A stretch of 64,000 bases of DNA from Aplysia californica (taxonomy: Eukaryota): NCBI RefSeq assembly GCF_000002075.1, contig NW_004797332.1:1562618-1626617 (forward strand), read 5' to 3'. Shown one piece after another: positions 12,801-26,300 of the stretch; the stretch's first letter is position 1, and every line of letters starts with the position of its first letter. The translations under genes and the position numbers were made by a program. The notes beneath the pieces are model-generated. The model did not search any database. It was not told the origin of the DNA and saw only the letters and a program-made list of their open reading frames with translations.

Positions 12801-15800
12801 GGAGTATTTCTAAATCATAATTTTATGTTCTTGAAAATTTTAAGGGACCTAGAAAGCAGTATGAGTTGTACAGAATATATTTCCTGAAAAAGGTTCAAAT
12901 TAGAAAATAATTACATGCAGAAAAGGTGATTGATGTAGTACTTCTTAAGATAAAAAGAAAACTGATACAGTTAACTACTACGTTTCTACAACAGAGAGGC
13001 ATGTTGAAACGGAAAAGAAAACTAATACAGTCGTCAACAAATTCATTTTTACAGGAGTTTAAGAAAGAGGTGGAGGGTCAGGTGGCGCTGAAGACTCGTG
13101 TGCTCAATGTGGGCTACCAGCTAATGCAGAACAAAAACTACGACACCCGTGGTCTCTCAAACCGTCTTAGCGGCTACGAAGAGGAATGGACAAAGCTGGA
13201 GAAGGGCATCAGTGAGACAGAGGAATTTTTGCACCAGGCACAAATGAAAGTGATGCCCTCACGACAGGCACTGACCGAGCTAACCAGCTGGATAGAGGAA
13301 ATTAACAAAGCGCTGAAGCAAGATGCCAAGAAGAGAATCAAGAAAGTGGCAGACATTGAGCTGTTGGTGAAGAAGTATAAGGTTAGTAATAAACGATTAT
13401 GCAATTCCATAAGTGCCAGTAAAATTCTAGATACTGTAGTCTTTCTTTCCATGTTTGTAACGATTTATGATTGACTTTGGTTGGTGTTTTTTGTTGGGCT
13501 GGGGGGTTTTTTGGGGGGAGGGGGTAGTTTCTTTTGTTTTGTTTTGGGGGTTGGGCGGGGGGGGGGGGGCTGTTTTCCTTTCCGAGCTACTATATCCTAA
13601 TTTTTTCCAGAATCAGGAATAACAATCAGCTCCCAAGATGTAGCCATTATTATGTAGATTCAATTGCGAACCATTTTTGTGCCACAACTCTACATTAAGA
13701 GACAATGACCAGTCACAGCATACAATAATACCCTCAACTTTAACTTCAACAACTTTTTTGCAATTTTCTTATTGTTACTTCCTCCAGGGTTACAAGATTG
13801 AGCTTTCCAGCAAACAGATGACTTTGGACTTTGTCAACCAGTCGGTGCTGGCCCCACAGCCAGAGGAGGTCGACATTGATGCTGAGAAGATGGAGTTTGC
13901 CGAGAAGCTGGGGGACCTCAACCAAAAGTGGAAGCAGGCGGTCAAAGATGTCAACGACAGGCTGGCCACTCTTGAGGTATGGCAGGTGGAATTACAGTAG
14001 TCTTCTGCTGGCGATGTTTGCCCTATTTTTTATTGAATTAAAAAAGTTTTTGAGATTATAATAGGGATATAGCAACTGGGGAAAAAACTGAAGGTCAAAA
14101 GTACATAAATTACTTGAAAAATGTTTTAATTTGTTTCCGCAAAAGGAAATAAAGCATGTTCTAGACTAGCATTCTGTTTTTATGGCTTTAAAAATGTTTT
14201 CAGTCTCAAAGTCATGTTAGTGCCGATTTTCATCAAAATGACACATAAAAACAATGTGTTGAAGTCTAGTTTACTCTTTCTATACCATCAGAGATGTGGG
14301 CTTATTACCTTTTATAAATTATGTACGTCTGAGTTCTTTGGAGGATGTCTTTTTTACAGTGTTTTTCAAAAAGTAAAAAGAGTAAATTCTCTGAGAATTA
14401 AACGGTATGTTGTTCCTGTATAATGTATTGTTAGACTGATTTAGAAAAGAAGTTCAAAATCTTTTGTAGAAACATTTGTTTATACAGGGGATAATTACAT
14501 GCTATGAAATATAAATCAGACTTCAAGAGAGGTGAGCCAGTTCATACAATCGACACTGTTTATTCAAAATTGTGATATCTGCACTTCCAATAGATCTGTT
14601 CTTTGTATGGAATGACTTGATACTGTTTCAAAACCACTTGACGGGCTGGGGGGGGGTGTTTGTGCCAAAAGTTTAAGGGTTGAATGATAACTTCCTGCTG
14701 TTTCTTCAACCATGACAGAGTCTGCAAAGCAAATGGGGCGATTATGAGAAGGCTTTGGAGCGACTACAATTTTGGCTACGTGAACAGGAAGACAAGATCA
14801 AACGGTACAAGCTGATTGGTCACGAGGTCGGAGTGAAGCAGACGCTGAAAGACTGCAAGGTGAGTAGATCACTTAGAATGCTTTTGTTATTGTTGGACCT
14901 TCTTTTGCTTTGTTTTGATCAAAAGGAAAACTAGATTTTTGCTTAAAATATCAGACTACAACATGGTTTGAGTGGAACACAAGAAAGGAGGGTTTTCGTT
15001 TCTTTAGTTTATTTTTAAAAAATGAGATCTACCCAATGTGAGACGTGCTGACAAAATGAGTTACTTCTCACAGTCCATAAGTGGAGATATTGGCCAAAAA
15101 TCGACACTAGGATCAAATTTGTAGATTTTCTATTGAAGCCATTTTCTTTAACTTTTACATGCCTTTATTATTTCATACACTTATAAATTGTAAAAGCTTC
15201 TCCTACAAGCATTTTGTATCTATTTCAATAAGGCCTGAATCCGAGAAGTAACTCATTTTGTCAGCGCGGTTTATCTATGATTCTGCTTTGGATTTTTCTT
15301 CATTTTTTTTGGGGGGGGGGGGGGGGGGGTTCTGGAAAGGGATTTTTTTTTTCTTTGTGTTCATTTTAGTTTCTGTACTTGTTATGAAGTTTTTAAAAGA
15401 AGAAAACTTTGAGCTGTAAACTGATTGTGTCCCGCACTGTGTCTCCCAGGCCCTCCAGCAGCAGCTACAGGCCAAGCAGAGTGACCTGTCCTCTGTCCAC
15501 TCCCTGGGCAGTCAGCTCATTGAACTGAGTCGGGAGTCACCAGGATGCCAGCGGTCTGTCCAAGACAGCTTGACCGCTCTGGATGAGAACTGGAAGAAAC
15601 TGGAGGAGCAAACCCGGCAGCTGGAGAATTTGTTGACAGGTGTGTGTGTGTGCTTAGATTGGATGAAGCAGTGATCTGATTGTGGTTCCTGAGGGATCTT
15701 CTTCTTAGTTCTTCCAGTAGTCAGGAGTTGCTTCTCGGATCTTTCTACAATAAAACACTCTGTCTTTTTGCCATTCTGCGTGCCTGAGTTGTTTTGGAGC

Positions 15801-18800
15801 CATGCCAGGTTTCTTTGTCCTGTTACCATCTTCCTTTAGATCTCCCCCTTCTTCTTTTGCCTTTTACCTCTGCTTCAAGAATCCCTCTTTTTTTTAAATC
15901 TTGCAATACTGATGTAGCTGATTCGGCACTTATATGACTTAATTGTGTTACAAGTGCCCTAAGACTCTTACTAAAACTGAGCTGTAGCGGTAGTTTGGTT
16001 TGTTCATTATTACTGTTTGATACCATATTAGTTTTCCACTGTTGCACAGACACTACCATTCATTTTTAATTCCCTTCAATCCTGTCCCACCCCCAGACAT
16101 GTTTGGCCAGTGGGCGCGCTACCACACAGAGCTGGCCAGTTTGAACCAGGTGCTCACCCAGACGGAGTACGCCCTCAACCACTACACCCTTGTGGGCGGC
16201 GACATCTCCACCCTGCGAGCTCAAGTGGACAAACTGAAAGTGAGTGTGTTGGGCTACAGTTTAAAAATTTGGGAGGGGGGTTCTAACAAAAATTCAGAGA
16301 TTATTCTGTTACTCTAATACTAGATAAACTCCACTCATCATCGTCATCCGGTGCCTTGCCGACTGGCGTGGGCAATCATGGACCTCCACTTCACTCTGAC
16401 TTGTGTTGCAGCGAAGTTGTCTGTCGTTCTTGCTGTTCCCAGCCATGTTGTCAACTTGTCTAGTATGTTTTCCCTTTGTCTGCCTCTGCCTTCCTTTCGA
16501 TCAAACTTGCCTGTAGTTTAAAAATTTTCCAATGCTTCTTTCCGCATTGTGTGTTCAATAAACTTCACTACAGAAGAAAAAAAATCTTGTGTCATGCCCA
16601 CCATCTTTGTCAGTAGCTATCAGAGGTGGTGTATGCTTATAGATTTCGCTGCATGTTGATTGTGTGAGTTCCAGTGCTTTGATTCCTGTCTTGTATTAAT
16701 TTGTTCCCATTAATCTTATTATCTAATTTTATCTTGTCTTATCTTATCTTCCTTCTTCTTTTATATGATTCCTTTTGTGACAGTGGAGAGTGAATTGTGG
16801 ACATTAAATGGGATGCTGTGGGATTTGAAGGCAATCACAGGGATTGCTTCTGTTTCTGCTTTTCCATCTGTCAATGGATCATTTTTATCACTTGACATAT
16901 GTTGGTTTTAGGGGAGAAAATGTCTATGTCTAAAAGAGGAATCTTCATGAATTTAATTCTTAGAATACTATTGGTCTCTAAAATTTCCAAAGGCAAGGAA
17001 ATATACTTTCCTTATCAAAATAAAAAATGCTTCTGAAACATGTCAAAACCAATCTGATGTTATTCCTTTTTATAGAAATGATTAGACCGTTTTGTCAATT
17101 GAAACTGTATTTGAAAATCAGTGCTTGATACCAAAATCGCTTTTTAAATAACTTTTCAAAGGGCCTTCAGTCAGAACTGAGGAACCATGCTGGTCACTTG
17201 GAGTCCTTCTCCACCCTGGCCGGTCAGCTACGCCAGGTGTGTGAGCCCCCTGTACAGGTGGACATCCAGAAGACTGTGGCCGACATCCAGGCCAAGTGGA
17301 AACGGCTAGAGGCTGACCTCTCCGACAGGTGAGAGAGTTGTTTGATTTTGATGTTTACTTTTGTTTTTGAGTTAAGTGCCAAATTTATAGCAGATTAGGT
17401 TTGTTGGGGGCAGTTACCCCCCCCCCCCCCCACACACACACACACACACACTCACACATGCATGCACACACACACACACACACACGCCACCCTTCCTTTT
17501 TTCCCAAGCTCCCTAATATTTAGAGGTACAATAAGCGATGAGGCAATCACCCAGGGCCTGGATTTGCCGAAAGGAGGTGGCCAGGGACAGAAAAGCGTGG
17601 CGTCGACTGCTCTCTGCCTTATGTACCTGACAGTGTAGGGAGAGAAGCTCAAAAGCTAATATTTTTAAAAGAGAAATTTATTTCATTAATAGCTTGTCTA
17701 TATTTTGTCCAGACTAACATACAGGTATTATGTGATTGATACAGAGACTGGGTTATCTTTTTTTTATTTCTTTATGTAGATAGCACTGAATACTTTCTAC
17801 CATTTTTATTATGATATGTCTGCTGATACTTAATACTATTTCATTGACTGTTTGAAAAAAAAAAAAAACCCTCTTGCATGCCTGTTAACGCGAAAGTTCT
17901 GTTCATGCAGGTGTGCCAAATTTGAGGGTTGTCTACGTCAGTGGCAAGAGTATGAGACACAATACAACAGAATCCGCGATTGGCTGGATACCAAGGAAGC
18001 CCTCTGCACTGACCTCATTAATATGCGGGATGACCCCTTGAAGAGGCCAGAGTCTCTCTCCAAGAGCAAAGTAAGGCTTATTATGTACTAATTTGTGCCT
18101 ATACATAAATTTGTATAACCTGGTAGTAGAAGCTGAATGATTTGTGAATTAGAAGAGTTCCGAAATTTCAAGGATTTTAGGAATTTAGTAAAACATATTT
18201 GGAGTCAGACGCTTTATCAAAAGACAAATGCTCTGAATGATGCAATGACGGTCACTGTTTCGAAATTTGTTTTTTAATTTTAATTAAAAAGCACTGCATG
18301 AAGTGTTTGTGTCGTGAAACATGCTATAAAGGCCATTTATCTAAGATTATCACATGTATAAACTTTTGTAGCTTTGACAAAAAGTCTCAAATTCTTTCAG
18401 ACAGGTGAATTCAACACAATGCAAATAGTTATGGTTACTGTCTGACAGGTAATTTTCACTTTATTTCAATAAGCTAAATACCACTCTGACCTTTGGTTGT
18501 AAAATATCTCTGACTTTTGCTATGACCCTAGAAACTAGCTAAATCTCTCTGACCTTTGGTAGCTAAATTTCTCTGACCTTTGCTCTCTGACCTTTGCTAT
18601 GTCCATAGAAACTACAAAAGGAGCTAGACAATGTCCAGGAGCAGGTGTCCAGTTTGTACCGGCTGAGTGACCAGCTGACCAGGAGCATGAGCCCATCCAC
18701 TATCGTCATCATCACGTCCCGGCAGTCTGCCCTGGAGCAGAGACTCCTGGCGCTCAGACAGATCCTCTCCCAGCACATCGGCACGCTCAACGAAGATCTG

Positions 18801-21800
18801 TCCATGCTGGGAAGGTTCAATAATGCATTCGAGGTAAAGCTCCTAAATATAATTCCCTTTTCTTTTTTTTTTTGCTCTCTAAAGCCAATAAAAAAGAATG
18901 TCTCCCTGGGACGCCGGGGTTTTATTTTTTTTTATTTTTTTTTTTTCATTATGTCAGTTATTTTCACCAAAAGAACAGTTATTATTCTAAGCCTTTATGT
19001 TCTGTTTCCCTATATTAGCTATACCTATTAACTGTCTTTTTATTAGCAAATTAAACTTCATTAATTTTCAAGTATTTCTACAAAACCTTAGGGGCATTCC
19101 TGTCTCCATTATTTATGCTCTTCCAACTGCGGTCATTTATGTTTTTCCTCGTGCCTGTCACTAGAAGTTCCTACTTGGTCTCTGAGGCCTTTAAGGTCCA
19201 CTCCGATTTCCTTTGCATGAAACAAAAAGAAGGGATACTAGATAGCTTCTAGATCAAGGCACTAGTCTGTCACAGGTTTACTCCCAAAGCTAGGCTAATC
19301 CCTCAGGAATAAGTTTTTTTATACAACTTCAGTATGTTGTGACAGGTTGAATGTACAAGTGCTTTTGAGATGCCTAACACTCATATAGTTTCATCAGATG
19401 GTCAACATAATAAAAGAAACTAGTGAGGAAAGGATCTCTGTACTCGTATGTATTCTCATATCATATCAAATTATGTAAAAGTTCTCATTGCAAGCCAATA
19501 ATCATTGACATTCTCATTCCAAATGTACTCTCAGCTTGTGAAGAAGTTCTTGGACCAGGCTGAGACCACACTGAGACAAGCCGACCCGACGAAGGCAGCC
19601 GAGCAGCATGTCCTCCAGAGGAGACTGGAAGAACTGCAGACGTTGTTGTACCAGTTCAGCAGCAACATGAGCAAACTGGACGCAGTCAATGACTTGGGGT
19701 TAGTGCATAATAATAATGATAATAATAATAAGGATAATAATAATAAGGATAATGATAATCATAGTAATAATATTAATAATAATGATGGTAATAATAATAA
19801 TATTAATAATAATGATCAGAAGAAGAAGAAGAACTGCATTTATAAAGTGCAGATCCATGCTCTACAGCATGCTGTATTCGCTGTACAACTATTATCAGTC
19901 ATGAACTATTCTTTCCCATGTGCAGGTTGCGGACATTAAAGATCCCTTGGTGGTCCTAAAATCCTAAGAGTTGGCTTTGGCCGCCACCCACTCAAAATTC
20001 AAAATTTCCTTCCAACTGAAAAATGTTAATGGGTCTTGTGTGCTCATATGACCTTATGCAGTTGCGAGCGCCAAAAAACACTTACCTAAAAAAATAACTA
20101 TTCTTTTTCAAGTCTCAGAAATGCTTTCAAAATTTCCAGGACTAGTCATTTCAGTATTCAATAAAAACTGACTTCAGTGTTACCTTATTTTTAATTCAGT
20201 AGCACTTGTGTGAGGGAGAGAACCTGCCACAGAGATTGCTACGTTAGGAAAGCATAACTACTTGTTTCACCATTTGTTAAATGTTGATATTTTGTAGTGA
20301 CAGAACTGTAAATGATATCTTTTGTCCGTCTAGGTACCGTTTGGCTCTCAATGAGGCAGACGCTACACGCCTACGGGAACTGAACCACAAGTGGCAACGG
20401 CTCTACGAGGACGCAAGTGATAGGTCAAGGTCATTGCAGAGCGACGTGCTTGTACAACAGGACTATACGTCCAAGTGCGAGACATGGATAGCCTTCCTAG
20501 CACAGACTGAGCAAGATTTGGCCAAAGAGATCAAAGGAAATCTGCCCGATCTGATTGATCAGCTCAGGAAGTGTAAGGTGAGTGACCTTGGTCGATGATA
20601 TAATTGTATGCCCGATATAAACAGTGAGAGATGCATTAAGAAAGGATTGAGACTGAGGAAAAGAAAGTAAAAAGTTATATGACAGATAAATAAAATTACT
20701 TTTAAGTAGTCAGTGATGAGATTAACAGTAATAAACATTGGAGTTCATGGGCAGCTTTGACTCAAGTAATATGTAAATTGTAATACGACTGAATATGTTC
20801 ATCTTGTAAATACTACATGTGTCTCTCAGATATTCTTCCATTTTCTCCGCATAAGCAAGTTATGAAACTAGACATGTTTTAGATATTTGTTGCTTGAAGT
20901 GAAAATGAGTGGACGTTTGTGTGATTTGATTTGACAAACGGCAATACAGAACATGGACCAACAATTTCTGTACTGTAATGAAGTTCTTTTGATCTTGGAG
21001 AAAGAAAAAAAAGAAAAGGGTTCAGAAAACCAAGTGCATGTTGATGATATTGTTGCAAAATTGCTAGTCCAATAAAGTCAACTTTACAAAAAACCTACGG
21101 AAATGACTGATTCTGTTTCTTTGCTTTTATTACTTTGTGGAATTGGGAAGCTTTCTTATCTCTATTATTTTACTTAAAAGCATAAAACTGCATCAACACA
21201 GTATATAGGGTACATTTGTTTTGTAACTGAACATCAAAGAGAAGGTAGGCGGGGGGGGGTAGCCAGTGCACCCAATACCATGGACATGATTGACGATATG
21301 ACATCAATAATGCAAGATCAGTTACGATAAAATGGTATTTAGGTGTTTTATAGATTTTGTATCCATGTACTTTCATTCATTTCCAGCAATTTGAAAATGA
21401 GATGTACAGCCGCCAGCAGATCCTTCATGCCATCATCAGCGATGGGCAAAAAATGATGCGTGCAGGAGAGGTGAAAGACAAAGAAGAGTTCCAGCACAAG
21501 CTTCAATTATTGACCGAGCAGTGGCAGAGTGTCATGAGGAGAGCCAATCAGAGGCGTGCTATTATTGAGGACATCATTGGCCAATGGCAGCAGTTCAACT
21601 CTCTGAGTGAGCAACTGGGGATGTGGCTCAAGGATAAGGAGGAAGCCATGAGGGCTTATGAGTTTGATTCTGCCTCTCTGCAGGTCATCAGGAACCTTGC
21701 TGAGAAGGTCAAGGTAAGAAAACATCTTGTAGTACTGGTGAAAAGGAGTGAATCTTTAAAAAAAGTTGAAAGAAAGTTGATGAATCATTCATCAGCTTAT

Positions 21801-23281
21801 TATTTCTATCCACTTTATTGGTCCAAAATGTAGCCCACTTCTGAATGAAAAGAAGTTAATGATTGTGAGTTTTGAGATATCTAATCATTTTTTTTCAAGG
21901 TTAATTAGAGTACTATGATAGAAAAAAATGTGTGTGTCTCGCTTAAAGAAAAAAAATTGGGAGAAAATCTGCATCACCCCAGATGCAAAAAGTTTGCCCA
22001 TATGTGAAAAATATTTGAAAAATGGGTATTCCAATGTAAAGCGCATTGAGCTACTTTTTTTTGGAAATGCGCTATATAAATGTTATATATTATTATTATT
22101 ATTTATGTGAATCTTTGTTTTCGGCTTTTTGAAACGATTATTGGATTTATAGTTTCCTTTAGCAAAGCACAGGGTTTCTCTCGCTTTAAACAAAATATGG
22201 TCCCTTACCAAGCAACTTTCTAATGTTCTGAACTTTCTGTAATATTGTTTTGTTTCTAGATCCATGTGCAGAAATATCAGTAGCGGTACCCTAAGCTCTG
22301 AAAAATTAAAAGAACTATATTGCAGTAATATGACTGGGGCCTTTTAGCAGGAAAATGAAGAAAAGGACAAGGCTTATAATGAAATTCTACTTGTGATGAG
22401 TAAGTTTCAAACTGAAGATCTGAAAATCTGAAGATTCCTGAGCTTCACAAGTTGATGTAATAATGATAAACCTTAAGCACACGTGGCAGCAAGTTGTTCC
22501 AATGTACTAAGCCCAAAATTTTTAATTTAAAAAAATTGCAGTTTCTTCATGTATGGTATCCATTGCAAGTGCTTGAGAAAAATGTTGTGGAAATTCAGAT
22601 TCTAAATGTTGAAAAGGCAACAAAAGATACAGAATGTTGGTAAAATTGTTTTTATAATGAAATAGTTCTCTTTCTTCTCCTGAAAAAAATTGTCTTTCTG
22701 GGCTTAGAATGCTTGCAGAGTTTGCTGACATTGTACTCGTTTATTTGTTCTCAGACCACACAGTACGAGTTCAAGCTGCAGGAGAACATATTCAGCAAAG
22801 TTCATGACCTGGGCAACGCCTTGCTGCCTCGTGCCGACACTGGAGCAGCTGCAGAGATCAAGGTAATGTCTCTTTACATCTGCGCGTCCTTGAGGGCATG
22901 GTATCCTCATATCAACTCAAATACTGTTTGTCCAAGATGGCCACTGATTGTCAAGAATCAAAGTGATTGCTTTGGCAGGTGGATATCTTGGACAGTGTCA
23001 TTACGATAGAAAAATAACGGAAATGGTCATTTGTAAAGGCACATTACATGAATTTTCCTCACTTCACCCAGGTGGGAATGGGTAGCTGGCCACAGACAGC
23101 GAAAGATCTTGTCAGTATGTCGTTAGTGTTTCAGCACCTATAAATTTCAGCTTGCACTGTATGCTTCCCGGGAAGTTGAGGTTGTTTCAGAATGCTCCCA
23201 GGTCTGCTGGGGTAATAGTATAGATTGTGAAACGCATAGAGATTGCTGTTGAGTGGGGATGTGCGCTATACAAATGCTATA

Positions 23282-23315
<34 letters not shown>

Positions 23316-26300
23316 GGTGACTGTCTTGGGTGTCGGGTGTCATGAAGGCTGGCTGGACGATAATAGCGTCTTATCTCTTAGATTAGCCAAGTTGTGTTGA
23401 CGGAAGCACCACTTTTACAACTATCCTTCTCAATCTAGTTAAAAAGTTTCAATGACAGAACTTTGCCTTAGAATTGATTAAATTACTTAATTTGAAAAGG
23501 ATTTGACAAATAAAATATTGATAAAAATATTTACAAAACTTTTTCTTTTAATCATTTCATCAGAATACATTGGATCAGTTGCAACGTGACTGGTACAAAG
23601 TGTTTGGAACCCTGGATGACCACCGGTCAAGACTGGACAGTGTCCACCGACAGTGGCAGGATGGAGAGGAAGACATTGAGGAAATCCTGAACTGGTTGAA
23701 GGAGATCAGACAGTTCCTGCACGCCCCACTGCCATCCACTTACGACACATTGCAAGCCGACATGAACAAATGCAGGGTAGATATTGATTTCTGCCTACTT
23801 CATTTTTTTATCCTTCCTTATTCTGTTTTTAAGAGTTGATGTGTTTACAGCACAACTGCACAATAAAGCTTGCATCTTTCTGGATAATTTTAACATCCAC
23901 TTAACGTAACAATGATGACCACAGTTTTCCTGGAACAGATTAGAAATACAGTGGGATCAACTTAAACCAAACATGTTTAATTGGGAAACAGCAGTGAACT
24001 AGAAGAAAACAGAATCCCCAATTGTTTTCTTCGCTATTTGAACAATCTCTTTAAATCAGGAATAAGGCTAAACTAAAGAAAGTCTGGCAGTCCTCCCCGA
24101 TTTTTATTTATTATTTTAGTAAAAAGGTTAAACTGAATTTTGCTGCTGGCATGATCTTGGCACTGAATGTATCCCTTCAACCTGTTCAATAGCTCTTATT
24201 CTATTTGAAATTGATTTCCAACTTGTGAAATTAATTTCCATCGGGTAGAATCTGCTATTTTTGCTGTCATTTTCACGTTTTAATATTATGAAGTCAACTT
24301 GGTGCTTTATTATACTTTCCATTTGGCTGGGTTTTTTATCCTCTACTTTTCCTTTGACTATGTGCCAATCCATATTATATTGCTTTTTTAAAACTACAAT
24401 AATATTTAAATATTCTAAGGAAATATCCCTGCAAAGTCTTTAATTATCTTTTCTTTTTACCTTCCAGGACATTGCCACTTCATTCCTAAATTCAGAAGAC
24501 AAACGTCAGAGCTTGTTGGCTCGCGAGAAGCAGCTGGGTCGCTCAGTGCAGCCTGAGGACATGAACCTGCTCCATCAAAGAATCCGTCTGCTCAACAAAC
24601 AGTGGGAGGAGCTCCGGCACCAGACACTCATTCGAGAGCAACGTCTGAGTGAGGCAATGTTTAGGTGAGGAGGTGTAAATTTCTAGTTGTTCTTCTTTCT
24701 CAAGAGGGCAGTTTTTGCCTTGTTGCTGGAAAGAAGTATTTTCATGTGTGGCATCACTGTGGTGATTTGATCTTTCAAAACAAACAGACCCGTTGACATA
24801 ATACATTTCTTAGTATTCTACTTTTTGCCAATGTGCCCTTTTGTGAATTAAGTTCCTTGAATGTGGAAAACAAAAAGAGAATAATTTTTCCTTTGTTAGT
24901 TGTCCATAGGGAAAGTATTCTCATGAAGAAATCTATTCCATTTTTCTTTTAGTTTTATCTTTGCCTACATCACTGACAAAAATCATTCTTTTGAATGTTT
25001 TCATTTTTACCAAATTTATGTGGTGGTATTCTAAAGGACTAAAAGTTCATCTGTTTTTCCACTCGCAGAGAAATAGGGCTGTTGTCCTGGCATATTATTA
25101 TAGGCCTCTTATTCTTTCAATTTTGTGAACCTTGAGAAAGAAGTGGTTAATATGCTGTTTATGTATATATGCTATAATGTACTACAGATTAATCCTGGAA
25201 GCAACAATTAATTTTTAGTTCAGACACACTATAACTTTCTACTCACACTTTGCGTTTTCAGTTTTTCTGACTTATATATTTCTCTATTTTATTCAGATGG
25301 ACAAATCTGGGAGAGCGCATGCGGTCTTTAATGGACTGGATCGAAGATATGGAAATACGGGTCACATCCAACCGAGATTTACATGTTGAGGACTTGCTGA
25401 ATAAACTTGAAACGGTAAGTTGAGATCTTGGATTTTCGTCATTTTAAACTCAAAAAGCTGTTTCGTACAGTAGTCATACAGGATTTGTCCATGTCGTCAT
25501 TTTGTTTTACCACCCGGAAATGGGAAAAGCCTATGAGAAAACATTTACCTGTGAGTTTTTTTTCCTCAGTGTCTTTTGAATAAAAATACTGTGTATGTCT
25601 TAGGACCATATTTTAATGAAGCTTATGAGAACCAGATACTAATACTTTTTTGTAGCTGAGTTTAATTTATGTAAATATATATTTTTAAACTTTATTTTTT
25701 CTGTCTGGTATGTCACAGGAGTACAAGGAAGAAATGATGGAGAAAGAACTGGAGAAGAATGAAGTCATCGATCAAGGGAAAGTGCTGATGAAGATCAGTA
25801 GTGAAGTCCGATCCTCAGATATTGAACAAAAGATCTTACGACTAGAGGATAAATGGCAGCACCTTGTTGCTGTGATGGACTTCAGGTAAGAATTTTATTT
25901 CTTTAGTGAACGAACAGTTGGGATAAAAATTAGGATCTGAAATGTCTGCAGTCAGACGTCTTTCTTTTGTTGTTGGAACGAAAAAAAAGTCACAGGCAGG
26001 GATCTTTTTTTTAAATTTTGAGATTGTTGTTTGTTTGTTTGTTTTATGGGGGGGGGGTTTACTTTAAGTGTGAATATACATTACTTTGGGTCTTTATTTG
26101 CGAGAGTATGCATTTGTCTTATTTTTATGTAAACTAAATATAAATGAGAAAGAAAGAATAAGGAGAGACAGACAGAGACAGAGACAAAGAGAGACAAGAA
26201 AGAGAGACAGACAGAGACAGACAGAGTGAGAGAGGGTGGTGGATCATTTTCTTATGTGCCATAAATTGTGTAAATGAGAGTTTTTTAAAATAACAATTGA

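Noticed and set aside
19699-19939. Poly-Asn extension of the ORF at 19505
   Set aside because: Read-through into an intronic (AAT)n microsatellite past the donor at 19699.
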